A DNA stretch of 64,000 nt from Octopus sinensis (lineage: Eukaryota), in the NCBI RefSeq assembly GCF_006345805.1, contig NC_043019.1, positions 30,441,360-30,505,359 on the forward strand, in the 5' to 3' direction. Of the stretch, positions 52,166 to 64,000 are shown one piece after another. Made by a program: the position numbers and the translations under genes. Position 1 is the first letter of the stretch; each line of letters starts with the position of its first letter. The notes beneath the pieces are model-generated. The model saw only the letters and a list, made by a program, of their open reading frames with translations, was not told where the DNA came from and made no database searches.

Positions 52166-53507
52166 TATTATTATCCATCCTCTGTGAATATTTGGTGGAT
52201 TTTCAGCTAGAGTGGTACCATGAAAAAGCTTCTCACTTTTTAGTTTTCAAATGGTGGATATCTGAAGAAGTGATTTGCACGTTAAACACCAGGGTTATAT
52301 ATATCTTAATTACACTTGTTACTATATATATATCATCATCATCATCATCATCATTTAGCGTCCGTTTTCCATGCTAGCATGGGTTGGACGGTTCAACTGG
52401 GGTCTGTGAAGACGGAAGGCTTCATCAGGCCCAGTCAGATCTGGCAGTGTTTCTACGGCTGGATGCCCTTCCTAACGCCAACCACTCCGTGAGTGTAGTG
52501 GGTGCTTTTTACATGCCACATATATATATATCATCATCATCATCATCATCGTTTAACGTCCGTTTTCCGTGCTAGCACGGGTTGGACGGTTTCGACCGGG
52601 GTTTGGGGAGCCAGGGGCTGCCCCAGGCTCCAGTCTGGTCTGGCAGTGTTTCTACAGCTGGATGCCCTTCCTAACGCCAACCACTCCGCGAGTGTAGTGG
52701 GTGCTTTTTACGTGCCACCTGTACAGGTGCCAGAGGGGTCTGGCATCGGCCACGGTCGGTTGGTGCTTTTTATGTGCCACCGGCACAGAAGCCAGTCGGG
52801 GCGGTGCTGGCATCGATATATATATATACACACACACACATGCACACACATACACACATACAGCAGTTGAGAAAATACATTTATCAACACATGAGCAAGT
52901 CATTCTTATGCTGTCCTATTTCACTTAAATTTTCTGATTGCTGTTTATGGTTATCTATTAGTCCTTTCTTCCTCTCTGGTTTGATATCTTCTAACATTTC
53001 AATGATTTTCCCATTGTTTATTGTATTCAATGTTTTATATGATCAATAAAACGTAAATACAGGTCTTGCTATTGTAACTTCTATTCTTCATTCAAGGATG
53101 TTTATCAGAATATACACACCTTTACCTGTTCTTTTTCTTTCAATAAATTCACCTCCTGATTGTTCTTTTATGTTTTGTTACTTGTTTGAGTCACTGGACT
53201 GTGACCTCCCTGGGACACTGTGTTGAGTGGTTCACTTCAGTTGTGGTCCTCCTGTGACTTGTGAACCTTTCTGAATGGCATGCCTAACAAAAAATTACCT
53301 TGAATTTTTTTTTTTTATTAGTGCTGCCTGCTTGATAATAAGCTATGTCTCATGTGGCCTGCTTCTAGAAAAAGTTACTCCTACCTGGTTCAGGTGAGCA
53401 AATCAATCCCATTATCTATTTTTTAAAGCCAGGTACTTATTCTATCTGTCTCTTTTGCTAAACTGCTAGATTACAGAGATGTAAACAAACCAACACAAAG
53501 ACACATT

Positions 53508-53529
53508 GTGTACACCCACTATATATGTA

Positions 53530-53592
<63 letters not shown>

Positions 53593-53644
53593 TTATATAT
53601 ATATGTATATATAATATATATATATTATATATATATATATATAT

Positions 53645-53694
<50 letters not shown>

Positions 53695-53779
53695 TATAAT
53701 ATGTATATATATGTGTATATATATATATTGTATATATATATATGTATATATAATATATATATAATATATATATATATGT

Positions 53780-53814
<35 letters not shown>

Positions 53815-53844
53815 GTGTATATATATAGTGTATATATATATATG

Positions 53845-53878
<34 letters not shown>

Positions 53879-53902
53879 TATGTATTATATATATATATAT
53901 AG

Positions 53903-53939
<37 letters not shown>

Positions 53940-54592
53940 ATGTGTATATGTATGTGTATATATGTATATGTGTATATATATATATGTATATGTGTATATA
54001 TATATATGTATATGTGTATATATATATATGTATATGTGTATATATATATATGTATATGTGTATATATATATATGTATATGTGTATCTATATATATGTATA
54101 TGTGTATATATGTATATGTGTATATATATATATGTATATGTGTATATATGTATATGTGTATATATGTATATGTGTATATATATATATGTATATGTGTATA
54201 TATGTATATGTGTATATATATATATGTATATGTGTATATATGTATATGTGTATATATATATATGTATATGTGTATATATGTATATGTGTATATATATATA
54301 TGTATATGTGTATATATGTATATGTGTATATATATATATGTATATGTGTATATATATATATGTATATGTGTATATGTATATGTGTATATATATATATGTA
54401 TATGTGTATATATATATGTATATGTGTATATGTATATGTATATGTGTATATGTATATGTGTATATATATATATGTATATGTGTATATATATATATGTGTA
54501 TATATATATATGGTATATATATATATGTATATATATATATATTGTATATATATATATATATATAATATATATATTATATATATATATATATA
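53508..54592. repeat. 1.1-kb (TA)n-rich array with periodic TATGTATATGTG units
   Basis: Direct reading; the regular part spans about 53930-54500. Confidence 0.95.
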
Positions 54593-55176
54593 GGTGCAGG
54601 AGTGGCTGTGTGGTAAGTAGCTTGTTTACCAACCACATGGTTCCGGGTTCAGTCCCATTGCGTGGCACCTTGGGCAAGTGTCTTCTACTATAGCCTCAGG
54701 CTGACCAAAGCCTTGTGAGTGGATTTGGTAGACGGAAACTGAAAGAAGCCCATTGTATATATGTATATATATATATATATATGCGTGTGTTTGTGTGTCT
54801 GTGTTTGTCCCCCTAGCATTGCTTGACAACCGATGTTGGTGTGTTTATGTCCCCGTTACTTAGCGGTTCGGCAAAAGAGACCAATAGAATAAGTACTGGG
54901 CTTACAAAAGAATAAGTCCCGGGGTCGAGTTGCTCGATTAAAGGCGGTGCTCCAGCATGGCCGCAGACAAATGACTGAAACAAGTAAAAGAGTGAAAGAG
55001 AGTAAAGAGTTTACGTCCCCGTAACTTAGCGGTTCGGCAAAAAGAGACTGATAGAATAAGTACTGGGCTTACAAAAGAATAAGTCCCGGGGTTCGAGTTG
55101 CTCGATTAAAGGCGGTACTCCAGCATGGCCGCAGTCAAATGACTGAAACAAGTAAAAGAGTAAAAGAGAGTAAAGA

Positions 55177-55180
<4 letters not shown>
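54590..55180 (+). mobile_element. SINE family B, full length, with a tandemly duplicated 3' half
   Basis: 54848-55010 is repeated at 55012-55178. Confidence 0.9.
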
Positions 55181-55211
<31 letters not shown>

Positions 55212-55978
55212 AGTCAATTACGTCAAGCCTAGTATTTGACTTGACTTCATTTTATCCACCCTGAAAGAATGAAAGACATAATTGGCAGGATTTGATCTGA
55301 GAATGTAAAGAGCTAGAACAAATACTATAAGGCATTTTGTTTGATGCTAGAACGATTCTCATTTGGTGAGAGAGGTTAATCAGATAAACGGGCTGGCACT
55401 TTATTTTATCGATCCAGGCACAGAGCCAGCAGTTTTGAGGAGAAGAGGTTAGTACCATCATCATCATCATTATTATCGTCATCACCAGTACTTGACTATT
55501 ACTTTATTTTTATCGATTCTGGAAGAATTATTTTAAGTTGACTTTGGTGGGGTTTGAAATCAGAATGTTAAGGACTGTTGCTAAATACCATAGATACAAA
55601 TAGGATGTTTCTACAACAGTTGACCTTAAATTCTACATCAAAAGTAGCAACAGACAATGAATATCATTAAGCTTCACATTTTGATATGATTAACTTAAAG
55701 TCTCTTCTGCTCGCTCCAGAGTTAACCTTTTTTCTCATTTGTCTTTTGCAAAGCTGACATTCTGTTAATAACTACACAACTTCATGCAACTGTGTATATA
55801 AATGGATATATCTGTGCACATAGAAGCATTGGTGAGTGCTAAAGTAATTCCAGCGATGTTGAATCAAACATTTTTTTTATCACTGAAAAACAACATGCAG
55901 TTTGTCTGTGTGTATGTAATCTAGAGGATAAGAAGCTTTATTGCCTTTTAGAAATAGATTGCTAGATCAAATCCTGTC

Positions 55979-56015
<37 letters not shown>

Positions 56016-56185
56016 TATCATTAGCATTTGACATCAGTTGTCCATGCCAGCATGGGTTGGACATGTTTACTAGAGCTGGTGAGCTGAAGAGCTGCACCAG
56101 ACTCCAATTTGGGAGGTATGTGATCATGAAAATGATCAGTCATTCATTCCTGTGTTACTAAAACCATCTGTGATAGGGCAGGGTC

Positions 56186-56475
56186 TTACTGAAACATATA
56201 TGGCCTTCCATTGCATACGCTGTCTATCCAGGGCTTAACAATTATTTCCAGGATCTCAATGTAGGTGACAGAGTTAACTCTAAGGCTTTGTGGAGACAAA
56301 TAAGGAGGCATCACATGTCCTTCATTGCTGACAACCCCTAAAACTATGACAGTTGCAGGAAATTTTGTATGCATAACACTTGGAACTTCAGAAGGGTCTG
56401 CACATAACCATCTGTCATTTCTTCTGTTAACTTTTTGATCTTGGTCAAAGTTTTTCTCATTCGAGAAAAACCAAA
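56186..56475 (-). mobile_element. Tc1/mariner (maT/DD37D-like) transposase catalytic-domain fragment, pseudogenized
   Basis: WFFSNEKNFDQDQKVNRRNDRW...HTKFPATVIVLGVVSNEGHVMPP...VKPWIDSVCNGRPYMFQ*. The first catalytic D is replaced by N and there is a stop before the second D. Confidence 0.85.
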
Positions 56476-56507
56476 TCAGTTTGATGGCATGTACTGCTCT
56501 CTCACTC

Positions 56508-56541
<34 letters not shown>

Positions 56542-59500
56542 GTGATGATGATAATGATGGTGTAGTTAGTATAAGTCTAAATGATAGATATTTTGTAAAA
56601 TCCTATTTCAGTAACTACGTTTGTAGAATGTTCTTTATTTGGTTTGTTCTTTAGCAGCATGCTACCCATTTGATTGAGTAGATCTATGATCAAAGGACTT
56701 CTAGCCATAACTGTTCCATCTTTTTCTGAGGCAGAGAAAGATTGGCTGGTATAGTCTTAGGTGTACTCTGAGACAGAGTACACCGAAGACTATACCATCC
56801 AATTCATCTTGCTTTTCTAGGACAGTAGGGTTTGATTTAAGTGAGAGTTGGCTGTTATTTCAAGCACGTTGTGTAACCATATAGAACATGTCTCTCTTTA
56901 TCTCACATTTTCTAGATGTGTTAACCCTTTTGATGCCAGCCTGTCTAGGACTGCCCCTGATTCTATGAATGAATTTCCTGTTTCGAAGAGTCTAAATAAA
57001 AACATCGCATCAAAATTTCCTGTTAATTATCTTCTAAATTCCAGTTTAATAATGGTTTTAAATTTTGACACAAGGCCAGCAGTTTTGCGGGAAAGGCTCT
57101 AGTCAATTATATCGACCCCAATGCCCAATTGGTACTTATTTTATCCACCCTGAAAGGATGAAAAGTGAAATCAACCTTGGCAGAATTTGAACTCAGAATG
57201 TGAAGACAGGCTAAATGCTGCTAAGCATTTTACCTGGCATGCTAATAATTCTGCCAGCTTGCCACCTTTAATAATCCTTTCTACTATAGGCACAAGGCCT
57301 GAAATTTATGTGGGGTGGAGGACAAGTCGATTATATTGACCCCAGTGCTCCAACTGGTACTTATTTTATCAACACTGAATTTGAATTCAGAACGTGAAGG
57401 CTGACTAAATGCTGCTAAACATTTCGCCTGGCATGCTAACAATTCTACCAGCCCGTTACCTTTAATAGTGACAGTTATTTCATCTGCTGTTACATTCTGA
57501 GTTCAAATTCCGCCGAGGTCGACTTTGCCTTTCATCCTTTCAGGGTCGATAAATTAAGTACCAGTTATGCACTGGGGTCGATATAATAGATTAAAACCCT
57601 TTGTCTGTCCTTGTTTGTCCCCTCTATGTCTAGCCCCTTATAGGCAATAAAGAAATAAGAATTGTTAGCATGTCAGACAAAACAGTATCATTTTTCCTCT
57701 GTGTGTGTGTGTGTGCATGCATGTGTGTGTGCATGCATGTGTGTGTGTGCATGCATGTGTGTGTATACCTTGTCTTGACATCGCATGATGATTGTAACCA
57801 AATACCACCTTCATACAAGTGGTAGTGTTCATTTCCAGTTTTCCATAGGGAAATATTACTTTGCTTGGAAGCCAATGAGGGTTAGCAACAAAAGAGCATC
57901 CAGCTGTAGGAAATCTGCTTCAAAGAATCCTATTGGATCCGTGAAAACTTGGAAAACTAGATATTAAATGATTATGATTATGGTGATAATTTAAATGCCT
58001 TACACAAAATATTTTGCATTTTCAGTAAATCAAAAGTTGTCTTTTTTTTTTAGTTGTGGGGATAAGAAAGATTTAAGAATTTTTTTTTTATCCAGTAATT
58101 TGTTGTTCTCAAATCAATCTAGAAGATCAATGGCAACAGCTGAAGTGAGATAATGGTTTATTCAATAACAAAGCAATTAAGTAATATAGATCTTACGTCA
58201 ACTAAAATACTGATTTAAAAATGAAAAAAAAATATAACAAAACAAAACAAAATAAATAGATTGCCAGAGGTAATTTACTCAGAGATGCCATCTGTATGAA
58301 AAACGTAATAGTTAAGCTAGTCTTAGCCTATTTAATATGGAGAGTATTAAATAGCTGGTTAGACATACTTATGCGGTGAAGAAAAGATAACATTAACTAA
58401 TGCTTTCTTTTCTTCACCACATAAGTACATGGCTAATACCATAAGTATATTTCTAATGAAGGTGTTTAATACTTACTAGTTTAATTGCTTACATTAATGT
58501 AACTACTGATTTCAGGCTTGGGCTCAAAGCCAAACAATTCATAAGAGAAGATCTGAGGTAAATCAATCGTTTCAATCTTCTCTGATACACCATTGTGTTT
58601 TTATTTACAAAGGTTTCTTCCAACTCTTTACATTCTAAGTTCAAATCCTGCCAAGGACAACTTTCCCTTGTATCCTTTCAGGGTCAATAAGATAAAATAA
58701 GAACCAGCTACACATAGGGGTCGATGTAATTGACATGAACCATTCCATCAAATTGCTGGCCTTTTGCCAAAATCAGAAAGGATTTCGAAAGGTTAAATAG
58801 CAATGTTGGTCCCAGCAGATTTTGAACTCAAATTAACGATATTAAATCTCATAAGGTGGTTTTGTCTGGCACTCTACCAATTCTGTCATCCACCCTTTAA
58901 ATCTTTTTGTTACAATATTTCTGCTGAAATACACTGCCTTTGTTTCAGTTAATTTTGAAAATAATGGCTCACAGGACAGCCTGCTGTGCTTACCTTGGAT
59001 CGTAGGGTGACCTGCTGTGCTTGAGGAGACCTATTGAGTCAAGTACATCAACATCAAAATAAAAATCAAATGGAAATTGTGGTTGTGATACCTGTGCCAG
59101 TGGCACGTAAAAAGCACCAACTGATCATGACCATTGCCAGCCACCTCTGGCCCCTGTGCTGATGGCACGTAAAAAATACCATTTGAATGTGGCCAATGCT
59201 AGCACCGCCTTGACTGGTGTCTGTGCTGGTGGCACGTAAAAAGCACCAACCGATTGTGATTGTTGCTAGCCTCCTCTGGCCCTTGTGCTGGTGGCACGTA
59301 AAAAGCACCCAATACACTCACGGAGTGGTTGGCGTTAGGAAGGGCATCAAGCTGTAGAAATACTGCCAGATCAGACTGGAGCATGGTGCAGCCTCCTGGC
59401 TTCCCAGACCCAGGTCGAACCGTCCAACCCATGCTAGCATGGAAAGCGGACGTTAAACGATGATGATGATAATGCTAACGGTTCTGCCAGTTTGCCACCT

Positions 59501-60351
59501 TACATACAAGTAAATATTAAAAACAAACAGGTGCAGGTGTGGCTGGGTGTTAAGAAGCTTGCTTCCCAATCACGATTCCAGGTTCAGTCCCACTGTGTGG
59601 CACCTTGGGCAAGTGTCTTCTACTATAGCCTTGGGCTGACCAAAGCCTTGTGAGTGGATTTGGTAGATGGAAACTGAAAGAAGCCTGTTGTATATATATA
59701 TATATATATATATCTATCTGTGTGTGTGTATGGGGGGGGTGATGTATGTATGTATGTATGTATGTATGTATGTATATGCTTGCATATCTGTGTTTGTCGC
59801 CCAACATTGCTTGACAAGCGATGTTGGTGTATTTACATCCCCATAACTTAGCGGTTCGGCAAAAGAGACCAATAGAATAAGTACTAGGCTTACAAAGAAT
59901 AAGTCCTGGGGTGGATTTCTTCGACTAAAGGCAGTGCTCCAGCATGACCATTGTCAAATGACTGAAACAAATAAAAGAATAAAACGAAAAATAAATAAAA
60001 GAATTTCTAAAGATGAGGTTAATAATATTAAAAAACAAAAATCAAACAAAAATCTTAAGGTAGGATGGTTTGACTTATCTTATTGGCAATGTGGTATCAA
60101 TGTGGCTCTTACAATTTAATCCAGATGTTCACATGGATTTAGGAGATAATCAAATATTTAATAAGGTGGGGATTAGGATATATAAAAGAGAGACTCAGTT
60201 GTTGTTGTTTAGCTTTAGTTTAGCCCCAATTGAGCAAATTCATGATCAAAGATGTTCCAGCCATGACCATCCCATCTTCCATTTCAGATATAGTGTATTT
60301 AGGACTACTTTATCCAATCTAGACACTATTTTTTAATGATATTTGTGTAAT

Positions 60352-61085
60352 CAGCACTGGATTAACCATTAAGCAAATTAAACATGTGCTTACGGCATCA
60401 AAGGAAATGGAGTGGGGCACCACAGAAATGGTAAATGTTTTATGGCACAAAAGAATGCATTTGAGGATACGATAATATTCAAAGTGGTTTATATGATCAG
60501 AAATATACTTTCAGAGTGTTAATGGTATCATAGTGACGATCTGATCAAAGACTTTGTAATTAAAAAAAGTAGGAGAAAACTTTTTAAATATATGTAAAGT
60601 GGAAGTAGATAAAGATAAACATTATTTTCCCTCTTACTGTTTTATTTTGTTTCATTTTGAGAAATTAAAATTTATATTACGATTTATTGTTCTCCCTCTT
60701 ATCCATCATTGATCTCCAGGCAATTCACAAAACTAACTAACACCCAGTGATTGATTAACCATTAGGCAAAATAAGCACAGGGCTTGGGCATCGAGAGAAG
60801 GGGACATCACAGAATTGGTAAATGGTTTACAGCACAAAAGAAATCACTTTAAACTTGCTAGAATAAAATTTGCAATACTTTATATGATCCAAAATATAAA
60901 TTAAAAGAGAATTCATAGTGTCATAGTGAAGATCTAGTCAATGATTTTGCAATTAAAAAAAAGTAGGAGAAAACTTTTCAAATATAAATGAAGTGGAAAT
61001 ATACAAAAATAAACATTATTTCCTATCTCACGGTTAGTTTAGTTTCATTTTGGGAAAAAGAAATTTATTTCATGGTTTATTTTGA
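60352..61085 (+). mobile_element. Two diverged tandem copies of a non-autonomous hAT derivative
   Basis: 60352-60711 and 60745-61085 are collinear. They start CAG...GATTAACCATTA(A/G)GCAAA and carry a C-terminal hAT-like remnant (HSDDLIKDFVIKKSRRKLF). Confidence 0.6.
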
Positions 61086-62416
61086 ATTACATATAAATGG
61101 CATTAGGAAGAGCATCCAGGTGTAGAAACCATGCCCAAACAGATAGGGAGCCCGAACATCCCTTCAGCTGGTCAGTCCTGTCAAACTGTCCCACCCATAC
61201 TAGAAAGGAAAACGGGTGTTAAATGATGATGATAATGATGGGATCAAAATCTTTTAAATGTGTAGGGTTTCTATAGGTCTTAATCTGACCCTAAGTGTAT
61301 TTCGAGGGAAATTTGGCTGTTGTATCATCATCATCATCATCATCATCGTTTAACGTCCATTTTCCATGCTAGCATGGGTTGGACAGTTTGACCGGGGTCT
61401 GGAAAACCACGAAGCTGCACCAGACTCCAGTCTGATCTGGTAGCGTTTCTACAGCTGGATGCCCTTCCTAACGCCAACTACTCCGTGAGTGTAGTGGGTG
61501 CTTTTTACGTGCCACCAGCACAGGGGCCAGGGGAGGCTGGCAACAACCTCGATCGGTTGGTGCTTTTTACATGCTGCCGGCACAGGAGGTTAAACAATAA
61601 TCCTTTTGTACTAAAGGCACAAGGCCTGAAATTTGTTGGGTAGGGGACTAGTCGATTACATCGACCCCAGTGTTTCACTGGTACTTAATTTATTGAACCC
61701 GAAAGGATGAAAGGCAAAGTCGACCTTGGTGGAATTTGAACTCAGAACATAGCGGCAGATGAAGTGCCACTAAGCATTTCATTAATAGTGCTAATGGTTC
61801 TACTAGCTTACCATCTTTAGGAGGTCAAACAATAATGTGGACACTTTCTTGTCGGCTCAAGGGAGAATAAATGTTCTGTACTTTTTTTTAAAGAAAATTC
61901 TGAATTCTTCTGTATTAGGCTCAAGCATGGCTGTATGGTTAAGAAGCTCTCTTTGCAACCATGTGATTTTAGGTTCAATCCCACTGCATGGCACCTTGAG
62001 CAAGTGTCTTCTACTATAGCACCTGGCTGACCAGTGACTTATGAGTGAATTTGATAGACAGAAGCTGTGAGAAAGCTTGTGATGTATGTGTGTGCGTGTG
62101 TGTGTGTTTGTGTTGTGTTTGTCCCACTATTGCGTGATAAGTGTTGGTTTGTTCATGTTCCTATAACTTAGCAGTTTGGCAAAAAGCAGTCAATAAAATA
62201 AGTACCAAGCTTTGAAAAAGAAAAGTACTGGGGTTGTTTTGTTCGACTACAGCCCTTCAAAGCAGTACTCCAGCATGACCACAGTCTGTTGACTGAAACG
62301 AAGAAGAAAAATTATTTAGATTTGGTTCTAACACCCAGGTCAGATCTAATTGAACAGATTCGTGATCAAATATATTCAGCCAGGATCATCCTATATTTTC
62401 TTTCTGGCATAATAAA

Positions 62417-63018
62417 TATATCTAGGACTAATTTATCCAGTGTGTTGTCCTTTTAAAGGTTTAATTTAAGGCAGATTTAGCTGCTATTTCTAATGACCTG
62501 AGTGACCATATACAGGCTCTTTTGTCAGTTTTAACTTGACATAATATATCTAAAACCAATTTATCCAATGTGTTATCCTTTTAAAGGTTTAATTTGAGAC
62601 AGATTTAACTGCTATTTCTAACAGGTTGAGTGACTACATAAAGACTGTTGTTGGCATAATATATCTAGGACAAATTTATTGAATGCGTTATCATTTTAAA
62701 AGTTTAATCTGAGGCAGATTTTGCTGGTATTTCTAACAGGCTGAGTAACCAGTTCTTTCATTAATTTCAACATGTTGGCTTACTATATCTAGGACAAATT
62801 TATCCATTGTGTTACTTTTTAAAGGTTTAATCTGAGGCAGATTTAGCTGGTATTTCTAACAGGTTGAGTAACCACATAAAGGCTCTTACCTTAATTTCAA
62901 CATGTTGGCATACTATATCTAGGACTAATGTATCCAATGTGTTACTTTTTAAAGGTCTAATCTAAGGTAATTTTTGCTGCTATTTCTAACAGGCTGAGTG
63001 ACCACATGGAGGCTCTTG
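62417..63018. repeat. About 5 tandem 115-129-bp units derived from a dispersed repeat (AAATAGCAGC family)
   Basis: ATATCTAGGAC(T/A)AATTTATCC...AAAGGTTTAAT...GCAGATTTAGCTGCTATTTCTAACAGG recurs near 62417, 62544, 62659, 62783 and 62912. Confidence 0.85.
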
Positions 63019-63149
63019 CTAATCTCGTGCTGTTTGCTTTATGCATATAGTAACATTTATAGGTAATATACTTCGGGTTAGTTGTATTGACTTGCATTGT
63101 TCTGTTGGTTGGTTTTCACAGTGATTCAATGCTATTGAGAGAACTGCAG

Positions 63150-63460
63150 CTGGTGAGGTTAGTAAGAGTGGTGGTGGTGGCAGCATTAGTGGCACTGGTA
63201 GTGCTGCTGGTGGTGGCGGTGGTAGTGGTGCTGGTGGTGGCGGCGGTGGTGGTAGAGATTTACAGAGCGGTCATCTTAGTAAGGTGGTAGCAGAGGTTTT
63301 ACTGACTGGCCAACTCAATAGGGGATAGTGGAGAGTGGTCGACATTCATACCACTGACATCATCTCTACCATCACCACCACCACCTACAGCACTATTGAC
63401 ACTACCATTTACACTACCACAACCACAACCATTACTTCTACTACTACTACTACTGCCATG
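63150..63460. repeat. Low-complexity (GGT)n/(CAC,CTA)n region
   Basis: Direct reading; similar to 11790-11990. Confidence 0.8.
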
Positions 63461-63743
63461 ACAAAAAAAAACAAGGCACTTTGGACAATGATCAATATCT
63501 AATATCATGGGATGGAAACACTGCAACAATTGTTCTCAACCATTTTTTGCCTTACAACCTTTCTGATTCCTATTTTACTCAACTGGACCCTAATAAGCAT
63601 TTGATATTAAAAAAGGTCCCATTATATTTTTATATGTTTATGAAATTGTGTTGCAAGGTTCCTGATCTGAAACCATGTGTTGGAACAGATATTGTTAGAT
63701 TTCGGGATGGTCATTTTTTTTCTTGCCAAATAAACACATGCAC

Positions 63744-63774
<31 letters not shown>

Positions 63775-64000
63775 TCTTCACTTGTTTATTACTGTTCTTA
63801 TCTTATCTTATGTCCATTGTCCAGGAATCTTTTGTCACACATCTGTGACCTCTTCAGCGACCCTTCCTGTCCACATATATCCTCCTGCTCTGCTTTGTCC
63901 ATTCTCAGACTGGACTAAGCGAGAATGGACTGGGAGGAGCAGGAGGATACATGTTGACAGAAAGGGAAGCTGAAGAGATCACAAACTCTGGACGATGGAC

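Overview
AT-rich, repeat-dominated eukaryotic DNA with no intact protein-coding gene that I can support. The SINE, LINE and microsatellite content points to a coleoid cephalopod, probably Octopus (inference). The window contains: dense (TA)n/(TATG)n/(GATA)n/(CA)n microsatellites; at least three tRNA-derived SINE families; RTE-clade 3' ends; CR1/L2 remnants; two decayed Tc1/mariner transposase fragments; hAT-type MITEs with TSDs; two non-autonomous Helitrons; and many Penelope-like (PLE) terminal fragments inserted in (TA)n. Nearly all long ORFs in the track are translations of microsatellites. Two signals stand out. First, there are about ten minimal type I hammerhead-ribozyme-like motifs from at least four PLE-like families, each with a self-complementary stem III, and one with a 97-nt extended stem II. 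Second, there are several perfect or near-perfect fold-back palindromes (1096, 1249, 13470, 14707, 43866, 63812). Element boundaries are approximate; folds and alignments were done by eye.
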